64,000 nt of DNA from contig CAZAZU010000001.1 of assembly GCA_964490105.1 (NCBI GenBank), positions 498,361 through 562,360 of the forward strand, given 5' to 3'. Below, in pieces: positions 29,476 through 39,396 of this stretch. The position numbers and the translations under genes are program-made. The first letter of the stretch is position 1, and the number at the start of each line of letters is the position of its first letter. Under the pieces are notes generated by a model. The model saw nothing but the letters and a program-made list of their open reading frames with translations, was not told the DNA's origin and did not search any database. Source of the stretch: an uncultured Gammaproteobacteria bacterium. Lineage in GTDB: Bacteria > Patescibacteriota > Microgenomatia > Levybacterales > UBA12049.

Positions 29476-29951
29476 ATTTTTCCAATTACCGGTATTTCAA
29501 TTTTCTGCTTTTGATATTCTAAGAAAAGTTTTATATTTTCTAAATGATCAAAAGCAAAATCATCTTTATCAGGAAGTGTATCAAATCCGAACCATTTCAT
29601 CTCCGAATTTTCAGCATCCATTTTTCCAGTTTTTTCTAATGCCTTTGCAACATAAACAAAGGCTACATTTTGCCGATCCTCTTTCGGTCTATCAGGGTTA
29701 TCGGCAATTCTTAAAAGCTGATTAATTTCTGACTCATATCCTGTTTCTTCTTTAACCTCTCTTCTACATGCCTCTTTAGTATTTTCATCTCTATCTAAAA
29801 AACCTCCTACCAGAGACCACTTCCCGCCATTTAAGAGATGATCGGCGCGCTTTACAAGAAGAATTTTATTTTCATCGTTTAGAAGTATCAAATTAACAAC
29901 TACATGGCGAAGACTAGCTTTTTCGTCATTTTCAAAGGTGCAATTTATCAT
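29472..29951 (-). CDS. NUDIX hydrolase
   Basis: Nudix box 'GGFLDRDENTKEACRREVKEETG'. It sits within the sugar-nucleotide cluster. Confidence 0.75.
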   Translation of the reverse strand: MINCTFENDEKASLRHVVVNLILLNDENKILLVKRADHLLNGGKWSLVGGFLDRDENTKEACRREVKEETGYESEINQLLRIADNPDRPKEDRQNVAFVYVAKALEKTGKMDAENSEMKWFGFDTLPDKDDFAFDHLENIKLFLEYQKQKIEIPVIGKI

Positions 29952-30958
29952 TTGGAGTACTGTTTCTCGTAGTAAGATTTATAGTCTCCGGTTTTTACAT
30001 CCCTCCACCAAGCTTCGTTTTCCTGATACCACTTAACAGTTAATTCTAGCCATTCATCAAAAGAGTGAAGAGGTTCCCACCCTAATTCATTTTTTATTTT
30101 TGAAAAATCTATAGCATATCTTCTATCATGTCCCGGTCTATCCTTAACATATTCAATCATCGACTCATCTTTTCCCATAATACTTAATATTTTTTTAACA
30201 ACCTCTAAATTATTTACATCTTGAGTCATACTTCCGACACAATATGTTTCTCCGATTTTTCCTTTTTGTATAACCAAATCTATTGCCCGGCAATGATCTT
30301 CTACATAAAGCCAATCACGAACATAAAGACCGTCACCATAGACGGGAACGTTTTTCCCCTCAATAATATTAGTGATTGCGAGAGGAATTAATTTTTCAGG
30401 AAAATGATACGGGCCATAATTATTTGCGCAATTTGTAATCGTGATAGGAAGTTCAAAGGTATCGTAATATGCTCTAACTAAATGGTCTGATCCAGCTTTA
30501 CTTGCAGAATAGGGACTGTGTGGATCATATGGGGTTTTCTCGTTAAACTTTTCAGTAGAATCAAGATCAAGCGCACCAAAAACCTCGTCTGTTGAGATGT
30601 GATGAAATCTTTTAACATTATTTTTAAGAGCAGCGTCAAGTAAAACCTGCGTTCCCACCACATTTGTAACCACAAAAGATGCCGGCTCCATGATTGAGCG
30701 ATCTACATGACTTTCAGCAGCAAAGTGAACCACAGTATCAATCCCCTCCATGGCAAGGTTTACAGCTGCACCGTCACAAATATCCCCATGAATAAATGAA
30801 TAGTTTGGATTTTTCTCAACTGTTTTTAAATTTTCTAAATTCCCAGCGTAAGTTAACTTATCAAAATTTACTATTTGGTCTGATGGATGATTTTTCATCC
30901 AATAGAGGATGAAATTTGAGCCGATGAAGCCTGCGCCGCCAGTTACTAAAATCTTCAT
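29948..30958 (-). CDS. rfbB: dTDP-glucose 4,6-dehydratase
   Basis: 'ILVTGGAGFIGSNFILYW', 'YSASKAGSDHLVRAY' (YxxxK) and 'DKLTYAGN'. 336 aa. Confidence 0.85.
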   Translation of the reverse strand: MKILVTGGAGFIGSNFILYWMKNHPSDQIVNFDKLTYAGNLENLKTVEKNPNYSFIHGDICDGAAVNLAMEGIDTVVHFAAESHVDRSIMEPASFVVTNVVGTQVLLDAALKNNVKRFHHISTDEVFGALDLDSTEKFNEKTPYDPHSPYSASKAGSDHLVRAYYDTFELPITITNCANNYGPYHFPEKLIPLAITNIIEGKNVPVYGDGLYVRDWLYVEDHCRAIDLVIQKGKIGETYCVGSMTQDVNNLEVVKKILSIMGKDESMIEYVKDRPGHDRRYAIDFSKIKNELGWEPLHSFDEWLELTVKWYQENEAWWRDVKTGDYKSYYEKQYSK

Positions 30959-31671
30959 TTATCTTTTTCCGCCCAGTATTTGGTTGCAGCAAAAAGACTT
31001 TCAAATGTGCCAGCATCACTCCAGAATCCATTGAGCTCCGCCCAAAACATTTTCCCGTCTCTTATATAAATATTATTTAAATCTGTTACCTCAAGCTGTC
31101 CTCTTGAAGAGGGTTCAATTTGTCGAATGTAATCAAAAACTTTGTTATCATAAATATAAACGCCGGTTACTGCCATATTACTTTTTGGTTCTTTAGGCTT
31201 TTCCTCAATGCCAGTAATTTTTTTATTTTCATCGAAAACGGCAACTCCAAATCTCTCTGGATCATGAACTTCTTTTAAGAAAAACATGGCTCCATCCTTA
31301 AAATTTCTTACCTGTTCGCTAATATCAGCATCCGACGTATTATCTCCTAATATTACGGTTACAGGACCATCATCGGCAAAACTTTCAGCAAGTGACAGTG
31401 CGTCTGCAATTCCCCCATCAGGCTTTTCCTGATAGGCGTACTCTAAGTGCTCAACTCCAAGCTCAGTTCCATTTTTTAGAATTCCCAGAAAATGACCAAC
31501 ATGAGGTCCTGAAGTTACAATTAAAATGTCTTTGATTCCAGCCTTAACGAGAGTTTCGATCGGATAATAAATCATCGGCTTGTTATAAACGGGGAGCAAA
31601 TGCTTATTTGTTACATGGGTTAAAGGATAAAGTCTTGTACCTAATCCTCCTGCTAAAATTACACCTTTCAT
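30955..31671 (-). CDS. rfbA: glucose-1-phosphate thymidylyltransferase, short form
   Basis: 'GVILAGGLGTRLYPLT' and 'KHLLPVYNKPMIYYPIETL'. 238-aa short RmlA type. Confidence 0.75.
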   Translation of the reverse strand: MKGVILAGGLGTRLYPLTHVTNKHLLPVYNKPMIYYPIETLVKAGIKDILIVTSGPHVGHFLGILKNGTELGVEHLEYAYQEKPDGGIADALSLAESFADDGPVTVILGDNTSDADISEQVRNFKDGAMFFLKEVHDPERFGVAVFDENKKITGIEEKPKEPKSNMAVTGVYIYDNKVFDYIRQIEPSSRGQLEVTDLNNIYIRDGKMFWAELNGFWSDAGTFESLFAATKYWAEKDK

Positions 31672-31674
31672 ATA

Positions 31675-31974
31675 TTAAATTCCAAATCCTCCTTTAAAGA
31701 TAAAGAAGGCTGCTGCTATCCCAAGGGATGCAATAAGAACATATTCTATCACAATTTTAGCTACTAAATCGTGATTTATCAAATGATGAATCACACCAAC
31801 TAAAACGTATAAAAATCCGAGGCCAACCACTATCATCATCTGAGATTGCCTATCAGGAGAAACTGCAAGCACCAAAGACAAACCCCCTAAAAGTATCGCT
31901 GATAACAGAAAATAGTACGCTACATGGTTTTTGTTTCTCAAATAATTACTCCTCCTCCCAAAATACCTAGGCAA
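31675..31974 (-). CDS. hypothetical small membrane protein (2-3 TM)
   Basis: 99 aa, hydrophobic, no motif. Confidence 0.3.
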   Translation of the reverse strand: MPRYFGRRSNYLRNKNHVAYYFLLSAILLGGLSLVLAVSPDRQSQMMIVVGLGFLYVLVGVIHHLINHDLVAKIVIEYVLIASLGIAAAFFIFKGGFGI

Positions 31975-32777
31975 ATTACAATCGCAAAAAGAAATAACGC
32001 ATGATCTAAATTATGTCCTACAAATCTGACAATCTTCTTTCTTTCAATAAGAATTAAATCCAGCAGGAGAACTGAGATGAATCCAAGAAGTAAAATAATT
32101 GCCAGCTCTCCAGACCTGCTCATTCCAGCATTTATTGAAATATCTGACACTTCAAATCCTAAAACCTTTCTGGTGGTTGCTTTTTTTGGGGGACTTTTTT
32201 TAGCAACAGCAGCGTAATTTTTACTTCCAAACTCTTGAACAACTAAAAAGGTCTGCTCTCCATTTAAAGTTCCTGATTTAACTGCAAATCCAACATCTTT
32301 AAAATTAGAGGAGAGAATATTTGCCCTATGATTTGGACTAGCCATCCATGCATTTACAACGTCATTCGCACTATTAAATCCTCTTGCTAAATTTTCCCCT
32401 GCATAAACATAATTGTAACCTGATGCTTTTATAAAAACCCAAGGCGTAGTCCCATCAGGCGCGTTATGCGCCCAGTAATTTTTAGCAAACATATCATCTG
32501 CTTTTTTACTTGCAGCTTCATTTAATTGTGGATTACTTGATAATGACTGCAAACCATTTTCTGATCTTTTTTGGTTAGTAAAGTTTAAAAGCTCCTGGGT
32601 AGAAATATCAGCATATGCTCTAATTTGTGATGCGATCGGATTTATACTTGAAGAAAAAAATAAAGAACTAAAAATAAAGAATGCAATTAAAAATATAATT
32701 GCCTTGGGGTGAAGAATGTGTGCCCTATGATTATTCCGCGGATGTGGCAGTATTAGGCAGTAAAAAAAATCCCGCAT
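31938..32777 (-). CDS. CAP/SCP (PR-1/YkwD-like) domain protein with N- and C-terminal TM segments
   Basis: CAP signatures 'YWAHNAPDGTTPW' and 'ASPNHRANIL'. Hydrophobic segments occur at both ends. Confidence 0.7.
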   Translation of the reverse strand: MRDFFYCLILPHPRNNHRAHILHPKAIIFLIAFFIFSSLFFSSSINPIASQIRAYADISTQELLNFTNQKRSENGLQSLSSNPQLNEAASKKADDMFAKNYWAHNAPDGTTPWVFIKASGYNYVYAGENLARGFNSANDVVNAWMASPNHRANILSSNFKDVGFAVKSGTLNGEQTFLVVQEFGSKNYAAVAKKSPPKKATTRKVLGFEVSDISINAGMSRSGELAIILLLGFISVLLLDLILIERKKIVRFVGHNLDHALFLFAIVICLGILGGGVII

Positions 32778-32789
32778 AAAGAAAGTATA

Positions 32790-33098
32790 TCACGAGTATT
32801 TAGGAAGAGCTTCTTTAAGTTTAGAACCATTAACCTTAACATCAAGACCAAATCCTAACGCATTTGCGATTGCGACACCTACTCTTGTTCCAGTAAAGGA
32901 TCCGGGACCGGTATTCACTAAAATTTCATCTAATTCTTGCGGTTTAAGATTATTTTTCTTAAGTATTTTTTCTACAAGTAAAAGAGTTGTTTGGGTTCTA
33001 GGTTTTGCGGGTTCAATTATTTCGTCGGAAGAATCATCTCCCTCAAGTTTTATGAGAGTCTTAGTATTATCCGTTGTGTCGATTACAATTCTATTCAT
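32790..33098 (-). CDS. tsaB: TsaB-like protein, N-terminal half only (truncated YeaZ)
   Basis: 'RIVIDTTDNTKTLIKL' and 'GPGSFTGTRVGVAIANALG' match the TsaB N-terminal subdomain. It is only 102 aa and sits in a tsaE-tsaC-tsaB cluster. Confidence 0.55.
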   Translation of the reverse strand: MNRIVIDTTDNTKTLIKLEGDDSSDEIIEPAKPRTQTTLLLVEKILKKNNLKPQELDEILVNTGPGSFTGTRVGVAIANALGFGLDVKVNGSKLKEALPKYS

Positions 33099-33673
33099 AA
33101 ATCGATTTCTACAGCCCCCTGCCTAATAACTTTCCAGGGCCTATCTGTACAATCGATTACAGTGCTGGCTAAATTTTCTCCCTTAGTTTTTCCTTCTACT
33201 ATAAAGTCTACTAGTTTTATTAAGGATTTATCAAGTTCCGAAAAGGTATACGGAGTTTTTTCTCCATGGAAATTAGCAGATGGACCTAAAATTGGAACAC
33301 CAATTCCTTCAACAATTTTCCTGGGAATCTCATGATCTGGAATTCGCACTCCCAAATTTTCTCCTCCACCCCGAACCAAATCCGGCACTTTATCAACCTT
33401 ACACCTTAAAACAACTGTCAATGCTCCCGGCCACTGTTTATCCATCAAGTCTTCAACCTTTGGATCAAACGGATAAACAAATTCCCGAACTCTTTCAATT
33501 GAGTCAAACAAAACCGGCGTAGCCTGGCTTATTGGTCTTTTGCGAATTTCAAATAACCTCTTAATCGCAGATTCATCATCTATTCGGCAGCTTATCCCAA
33601 ATGCTGTGTCAGTTGGAATAATCACAATCCCTCCTTGATTCAAAACTTTTATCGCTTCGTCAATTTGATTCAT
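33095..33673 (-). CDS. tsaC: L-threonylcarbamoyladenylate synthase (YrdC/Sua5 family)
   Basis: 'GGIVIIPTDTAFGISC' YrdC fold. 192 aa. Confidence 0.8.
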   Translation of the reverse strand: MNQIDEAIKVLNQGGIVIIPTDTAFGISCRIDDESAIKRLFEIRKRPISQATPVLFDSIERVREFVYPFDPKVEDLMDKQWPGALTVVLRCKVDKVPDLVRGGGENLGVRIPDHEIPRKIVEGIGVPILGPSANFHGEKTPYTFSELDKSLIKLVDFIVEGKTKGENLASTVIDCTDRPWKVIRQGAVEIDL

Positions 33674-34101
33674 ATATTTTCTATTTCAATCTCTCTTTTA
33701 TTTTCGTCTTTATAAACAAATTTAATTTTGTAACCTTTTTTTGGATTAAAATTTTTTAATTTTTCAGCCCACTCTATAATAGTTACACTTTTGGGATTTG
33801 AAACAAACTCTGAGATTCCAAGTTTTTCTAAATTATTCTCTCCTTCAATTCGATATAAATCAATGTGATTTAAATTATTAAATTTTTCTGAATCAACTTC
33901 ATGATTTCTAACCAGAACAAAAGTTGGAGATAAAATTCTATCTTTAATTTTCAGTCCTTTTGCTATTCCCTGAACAAATGTGGTTTTTCCTGCACCTAAA
34001 TCCCCAGTCAGCAGTACGACATCTCCGTCTTCAAGCTCACCAGCAAAATCTTCGCCTAGCTTAATTGTTTCAGAATCGCTATTTGTTAAATAATTTTTCA
34101 T
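33670..34101 (-). CDS. tsaE: tRNA t6A biosynthesis ATPase TsaE (YjeE)
   Basis: P-loop 'LLTGDLGAGKTTFVQGIAKGL'. 143 aa. Confidence 0.8.
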   Translation of the reverse strand: MKNYLTNSDSETIKLGEDFAGELEDGDVVLLTGDLGAGKTTFVQGIAKGLKIKDRILSPTFVLVRNHEVDSEKFNNLNHIDLYRIEGENNLEKLGISEFVSNPKSVTIIEWAEKLKNFNPKKGYKIKFVYKDENKREIEIENI

Positions 34102-34924
34102 AAATTTCTTCTATGCTTATATATTTTAAACTAAAAGCTATTGCTCCTGCTAAAATTAGCAAGACTCCTCCGAAAATACTTACTACTGGGAATTTTCTAT
34201 CCGCTGCACCCAAAACCTCAGTTTTACCCGAAACTTCCGGCGTAATTGTTAAATTTCTAATAGTCGTATAGTTACTCGTCTTAAAAGCCTGCGCTATTTT
34301 ACCAGAATTATCATTGTTTGACGAAGTTCTAGTTGGAATTACTGAAACCGTAGATGCAATTGAAATAATTCTTGCTGGTGTGGGAGTTTTAGTTGGCAGG
34401 TTCGTGGCTGCTTTTGAAGCCTGAGGTGCCTTAGTTGGAGTAGGAGTTTTTGAAGGAGTAGGTGTTGGCGGAGTAAAAACAGATGATGAATTATTAGAAG
34501 AACCTTTTGAAGGAGAACTAAAAACTGTCCAATTAGATGCGCCATCCGTAATTCTACCTGCTGATTGATTTACATCTGGAGCGATTAGACCTCCTTGATT
34601 TCCATAAGTGATCTGATCAATTGAAGAATTATCAGAAATCAATACTAATTTTATATAGTCTCCTCCATTATTTAATTTATTCGCCCAATCAAAAACCATA
34701 AAGCTCTGAGGCATCAAGTTCCCTGATAAATCTAATTTATTATTTTCAGTCGAATCTCTTATTCTAAATGCTGAAAGATCAATGGGAGTAGTGTCTGGGT
34801 TATAAATTTCTATCCAATCGTCAGATGTACTAGAAGAAAATTCATTAATCACGGGAGAAGCGAATACAACAGACGGGAAGAAACTAGTTATGACTAAACA
34901 GATAATAAAAATCTGCTTTTTCAT
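34079..34924 (-). CDS. secreted lamin-tail-domain (LTD) protein with P/T-rich linker and C-terminal TM anchor
   Basis: Signal peptide. LTD core 'VINEFSSSTSDDWIEIYNPDTTPIDLSAFRIRD'. 'PPTPTPSKTPTPTKAP' linker. C-terminal hydrophobic helix. Confidence 0.6.
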   Translation of the reverse strand: MKKQIFIICLVITSFFPSVVFASPVINEFSSSTSDDWIEIYNPDTTPIDLSAFRIRDSTENNKLDLSGNLMPQSFMVFDWANKLNNGGDYIKLVLISDNSSIDQITYGNQGGLIAPDVNQSAGRITDGASNWTVFSSPSKGSSNNSSSVFTPPTPTPSKTPTPTKAPQASKAATNLPTKTPTPARIISIASTVSVIPTRTSSNNDNSGKIAQAFKTSNYTTIRNLTITPEVSGKTEVLGAADRKFPVVSIFGGVLLILAGAIAFSLKYISIEEIYEKLFNK

Positions 34925-34930
34925 TTGGTT

Positions 34931-36079
34931 TTAGGGTATATGCCAATAAAGACTAACTGTTCCATTCTTGTGATCCACTATTATTCCTTTTCCAAGTGAT
35001 CCGTTATAACTGCAAGTCGCGCTTGTCGCATATGCTTCTCCTGATTCCATGGCCCTAATAGGTGTTCCAAACGGATTTGCCAAATCAAGCCCTGTGTGGG
35101 TTCCAAGAAAATAAACTTCTCCATACCATGTGGTAACATTTCCGGGATAGCCGGGAACAGGCTGCTGATACGCTGAATTCTCCATGTATGGTTTTGGATC
35201 CACTCTATTTCCAATTACTCTATTATTCTGAACACTAGCGTTAACATAAACCTCGAAGTGTAGATGCGGTCCGGTAGAGCATCCGCTTGATCCAACTCCT
35301 GCAATTATATCTCCTTTATTTACCGGGCCAATTTTTGCATTAATATTTCCTAAGGCAATATTAATAGAAGCAGCATCTGCTTTAAGGCGAGCTAAAAGCT
35401 CCTGGAATTTGGCTTCATCATTTTTAGTTACAGCTAAAAGCTGCTCTTTCTGTGCCTTCTCAGTATCAAGTTGAGTTTGATAGCTAACAAGCTCTGCATT
35501 TAGCTGTTCAATTTTTGCTTTTTTATCTTCAAAAATATCTTTCTGATTAGAGTAATCATTCCTTGCTTGGACAGTATCATAAATTAATCTTTTATCATGA
35601 GCTTGGGCTATTCTTAAGTAATTAGCTTTTTTAACAAAGTCTTCAACATTTGAGGAAGTTAATAACATTTGAAATTGGGACGTGCTTCCGACTATGTAAG
35701 TTTCTTTAATCCTATTTATTAGTATTTCTGACAAACTATCCAGGGAATCTTCAAGTTTTACAATTTTCTTATCGGCTGTATCTATATCCAAAGTAAGATC
35801 TGAAATCTGAGCACGAGCTGAGTCAATCTTAAGCTGAGTTAATTTTATTTGATTATCAATAACGCCGATTTGAGAAGAAAGTGTTTTCTCCTCACCTTGA
35901 AGCTGGGAAATTTTTGCCTGCGTCTCATCAATTTGCCTTAAGATTTCAGCTTGGTTTTTTGATTGACCGGAAGTGGGAGTAGGGGTCTGCGCAATTGCAG
36001 TAATTCTGAAAACAAAACCAAGGGAAACAAAAATAAAGATGGCTAAAATTAAGTATGGTAATAACGTTTTGAATTTCAT
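34931..36079 (-). CDS. coiled-coil M23 (LytM) family peptidase, EnvC/PcsB-like partner of FtsEX; M23 motifs in permuted order
   Basis: N-terminal TM plus about 230 aa of coiled coil. The catalytic motifs occur in the order HxH 'GCSTGPHLHFEV', then HxxxD 'HTGLDLANPFGTPIRA', then 'GIIVDHKNGTVSLYWHI'. The ORF stops 4 aa after the last motif. Confidence 0.7.
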   Translation of the reverse strand: MKFKTLLPYLILAIFIFVSLGFVFRITAIAQTPTPTSGQSKNQAEILRQIDETQAKISQLQGEEKTLSSQIGVIDNQIKLTQLKIDSARAQISDLTLDIDTADKKIVKLEDSLDSLSEILINRIKETYIVGSTSQFQMLLTSSNVEDFVKKANYLRIAQAHDKRLIYDTVQARNDYSNQKDIFEDKKAKIEQLNAELVSYQTQLDTEKAQKEQLLAVTKNDEAKFQELLARLKADAASINIALGNINAKIGPVNKGDIIAGVGSSGCSTGPHLHFEVYVNASVQNNRVIGNRVDPKPYMENSAYQQPVPGYPGNVTTWYGEVYFLGTHTGLDLANPFGTPIRAMESGEAYATSATCSYNGSLGKGIIVDHKNGTVSLYWHIP

Positions 36080-36110
36080 ACTTTTCTAATTATACACGTA
36101 AAAATAAAAG

Positions 36111-36977
36111 CTATTTTAAATATCTTAAAACTGCGAGGTAACTGGAGAATGCACCAAGTATTATCGCGACCACTGCCTCAGCTGCTAAAAGCTCAAGTAA
36201 AAACACTGGGGAAATTGGAAGAACGGGAATTCCTTTTAGAAAAGATGAAAGATATGGAGTTACATAAAAAAGTGCTCCAATTGAAATTAACCAGCCCAAT
36301 AGTGCTCCCACCAAACCATAAAAAACTCCTTCTAAAATAAATGGCCACCTTATATACCAGCTTCCAGCTCCAATTAATCGCATCGTTTCTATGTCTGATT
36401 TTTTCTGGGATATTTTTATTCCTATGATCGTCACCATAATAAAGATTGAAACCATAGAAAGAATTACGACCACCGCAAGTCCTATTTTCCTTAGTGCACT
36501 TGTCCAGGAACTTAAAGTCGAAACAACATCTTTTTGGAAAACCACCTCCTGAACAATTGTAGATTTCTTAAGAGTATCTGAAACTAAAGCTAAATCTTCG
36601 ATCTTATATGTGGCGATTTCTAAAGATGCGGGCAAAATCTCGGCTGTTACTAAATCCAATAAGAGCGGGTCATCTTTATTTTGTTCTTTATAGATTCTTA
36701 AAGCTTCCTCTTTTGATATAAATTTTACCTCTGAAATAAGTCCAGATTCTTTTAAGGAATTCCCCAATTCTTCAATATCAGCCTGCTTAGCTTCGTCTCT
36801 AAAAAAAGCTGTCACCTGAGGTTTAGATTCGAAATAATCAACAATCCTAGTTGATCCAAAAATGATAAGTGCAAAAATTGAAAATGCTAAAAAGGTTAGC
36901 ATCATCACAAATATCGCAGCGACAGCTTGGTACGGAGATCTTCTGATGTTGCGCCATGTTGTACTAAGTGCTTTCAT
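36111..36977 (-). CDS. ftsX: cell division permease FtsX
   Basis: 4 TM segments with a large first extracytoplasmic loop. It lies immediately downstream of ftsE with a 4-bp overlap. Confidence 0.8.
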   Translation of the reverse strand: MKALSTTWRNIRRSPYQAVAAIFVMMLTFLAFSIFALIIFGSTRIVDYFESKPQVTAFFRDEAKQADIEELGNSLKESGLISEVKFISKEEALRIYKEQNKDDPLLLDLVTAEILPASLEIATYKIEDLALVSDTLKKSTIVQEVVFQKDVVSTLSSWTSALRKIGLAVVVILSMVSIFIMVTIIGIKISQKKSDIETMRLIGAGSWYIRWPFILEGVFYGLVGALLGWLISIGALFYVTPYLSSFLKGIPVLPISPVFLLELLAAEAVVAIILGAFSSYLAVLRYLK

Positions 36978-37783
36978 TTTAATGCCTCCTCAAAGTCATC
37001 AGTCTTAACTTCCTTATCATTATTATTCTCAACTTTTTCTTCTTCACCAGAATTCTGCTTTACAGAATCTTTCTTCTCATCAGCTTCTCTTTTATTTTCG
37101 TGATGCTCTTTTGACTTATGACCCTTTTTATCATTTACCATTTCTCCTTTGTTAAGCTCAATTACCCTCTTGTTAAGTTTTTTTATAATCTCACTATTAT
37201 GCGTTGCCATCACTACCGTAGTTCCTTTTTCATTAATATCAGATAAAAGTTTTACAATTTCCCAGGAAGTTGCATCATCCAGATTACCTGTCGGCTCATC
37301 TGCTAAGAGAATTTCAGGAGACAGAATAAGAGCTCTGGCAATAGCAGCTCTTTGGAGTTCTCCTCCCGAAAGCTGAACCGGAAATTTATCTTTGTGTTCG
37401 AGTATTCCTACCTGGTTCAAGATCTCCATAGCTCGTGTTACTGCATCTTTTTTCTTTGTTCCAATTACTTCAAGGGGAAGTGTTGTGTTTTCAAGAATCG
37501 TTCTATCATGAAGAAGTTTTAGATCTTGGAAAATAACTCCTATTTTTTTTCGAAGCTCCGGAACCTTTCTCCCAGGAAGCTTTACAACATCCCAACTATT
37601 TACAACGACTTTTCCTTGACTTGGAAGCATTTCTCGAATTAAAAGTCTAAAAATTGTAGTTTTTCCAGATCCAGTAGGTCCTATTAGAAATACAAACTCA
37701 CCTTTTTCAACCGAAAACGAGACGTCGGATATTGCAAAAACGCCTGTACCAAATTTTTTTGAAACATTTTCAAGGCTAATCAT
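36974..37783 (-). CDS. ftsE: cell division ATP-binding protein FtsE, with K/E-rich C-terminal tail
   Basis: Walker A 'LIGPTGSGKTT', signature 'LSGGELQRAAIARAL' and Walker B 'LLADEPTGNLD'. There is an unusual 50-aa charged tail. Confidence 0.85.
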   Translation of the reverse strand: MISLENVSKKFGTGVFAISDVSFSVEKGEFVFLIGPTGSGKTTIFRLLIREMLPSQGKVVVNSWDVVKLPGRKVPELRKKIGVIFQDLKLLHDRTILENTTLPLEVIGTKKKDAVTRAMEILNQVGILEHKDKFPVQLSGGELQRAAIARALILSPEILLADEPTGNLDDATSWEIVKLLSDINEKGTTVVMATHNSEIIKKLNKRVIELNKGEMVNDKKGHKSKEHHENKREADEKKDSVKQNSGEEEKVENNNDKEVKTDDFEEALK

Positions 37784-37807
37784 AATTGAAATAACTGGTG
37801 AGGACTA

Positions 37808-38263
37808 TTAAAGAACTTCTACTCTTCCAACATCCATTAACCAGCCTGCATGTTGGGCTTTTTGAGTCTGGCCCCACACTTTAATTTTTTTACCTTTTAC
37901 AAGAGACAAATCGACAGAGGAAGAGGTGAGATAAACATACTGACTTTCTCCGCCTGGTCTCTCAAGATGATACTGACCTTCACCTTCAATTCCTCCCTCT
38001 CTCAAGATTCCTTCTGCTGTATCTTTGAAAGTTTTTGTATCATTGGATCCCATGGCCGTTCCTTTTGTGACCTGGGATGAATCAGTTACTTCTTTAGTGG
38101 GTTCAAGACTCGTAGCTGTGCCTTTAGCAATTAAGAATCCGCTACCCGCTCCTAAAAGCGTCATAACAACCACAACTACTGCTATCATCATTAAGGGAGA
38201 TTTACTTGGTTTTGAATCAAATTGTTGCACTAATTCTTCCTCTGTTTTCTTATCTTTTTCCAT
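37808..38263 (-). CDS. hypothetical membrane-anchored protein
   Basis: Single TM 'LMMIAVVVVVMTLLGAGSGFLIA' followed by a soluble domain. No motif recognised. Confidence 0.4.
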   Translation of the reverse strand: MEKDKKTEEELVQQFDSKPSKSPLMMIAVVVVVMTLLGAGSGFLIAKGTATSLEPTKEVTDSSQVTKGTAMGSNDTKTFKDTAEGILREGGIEGEGQYHLERPGGESQYVYLTSSSVDLSLVKGKKIKVWGQTQKAQHAGWLMDVGRVEVL

Positions 38264-38391
38264 AAGATTAAGTTTCTGGACATCTTTAGTAAACCATAAA
38301 TAAGACTTTTAATCAACCCTGATATGGGTATTAGGAATCATGAATTATTTATAAATGAAAAATTATTGGCGACCTCAGTACATTTTTAGAA

Positions 38392-39396
38392 TTACAAACT
38401 GCGGAGTTCTGCTTCAATAAATTTATCAATATTTCCGTCCAAAACTCCCTGCGTATCCGAAGTTTCATAGAGAGTTCTAAGATCTTTTACCATTTTATAT
38501 GGATGCAAAACATAACTTCTAATTTGATTCCCCCAGCCCGGTGTTTTATATCCGCCTTTTAAGGCTGCTTCATTTTTCTTTCTTTCTTCTTCCTGCAAAA
38601 ACCATAGCTTTCCAACAAGAAGCTTCATCGCATATTCTCTATTTTTACCCTGATATCTTTCTGAATGAGCAGTTACTACTAGTCCCGTGGGCTTATGCTT
38701 AAGACGAACCGCAGTACTGACCTTATTTACATTTTGCCCACCGTGTCCACCTGATCTATAAAAATCCCATTCAACATCTTCTTCTTTTATTTGAATCGCT
38801 CCAGCATCTTCAATTTGAGGAATAACCTCTACCAGAGCAAACGAGGTTTGACGAAGGTTGTCTGCGTTAAATGGAGACTGCCTAACCAATCTGTGTACAC
38901 CTGCCTCAAGCTTTAAAAGACCATATGCAAATTGTCCATCTACTAAAAAAGTTATACTTTTAAGCCCTGCTTCTTCCCCTGGAGTCTCATCAATTGTTTC
39001 AAGTGAAAATCCCTTGAGCTCTGCATACCGTGAGTACATTCTATAAAGCATTTGCGTCCAGTCCATTGCTTCAACTCCACCCTGACCAGCATGGATTGAA
39101 ACAATTGCCGGAGATTTATCAAAATCACCTGAAAAATAAAGTAAATGCTCAAGTTCTCCTAAAACCACCTCTAGTTCATCAAATTTTTCCTGCCTAAGTA
39201 ACTCCATAATTTGTCTTGCAGATTCTATTTCTTTCTGAAGACTTGCCATTTCCTTCATTTTTTCAGTGGCTCTTTGAGGATCTTTCCAGAAATCTGGCAT
39301 CATAGATTCACCTTCTATATGCTTAATGGCTATTTCTTTTTCAGTTAAGTTAATTTTTTGAAGAACTTTTTCTGCTCTCCCTTTAATTTCATCCAT
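38392..39396 (-). CDS. prfB: peptide chain release factor 2, no programmed frameshift
   Basis: RF2-specific 'SPF', 'GGQNVNK' and the C-terminal GGQ domain. The ORF is contiguous. The called ATG is the terminal ATG of MITE copy B. An internal Met start cannot be excluded. Confidence 0.8.
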   Translation of the reverse strand: MDEIKGRAEKVLQKINLTEKEIAIKHIEGESMMPDFWKDPQRATEKMKEMASLQKEIESARQIMELLRQEKFDELEVVLGELEHLLYFSGDFDKSPAIVSIHAGQGGVEAMDWTQMLYRMYSRYAELKGFSLETIDETPGEEAGLKSITFLVDGQFAYGLLKLEAGVHRLVRQSPFNADNLRQTSFALVEVIPQIEDAGAIQIKEEDVEWDFYRSGGHGGQNVNKVSTAVRLKHKPTGLVVTAHSERYQGKNREYAMKLLVGKLWFLQEEERKKNEAALKGGYKTPGWGNQIRSYVLHPYKMVKDLRTLYETSDTQGVLDGNIDKFIEAELRSL

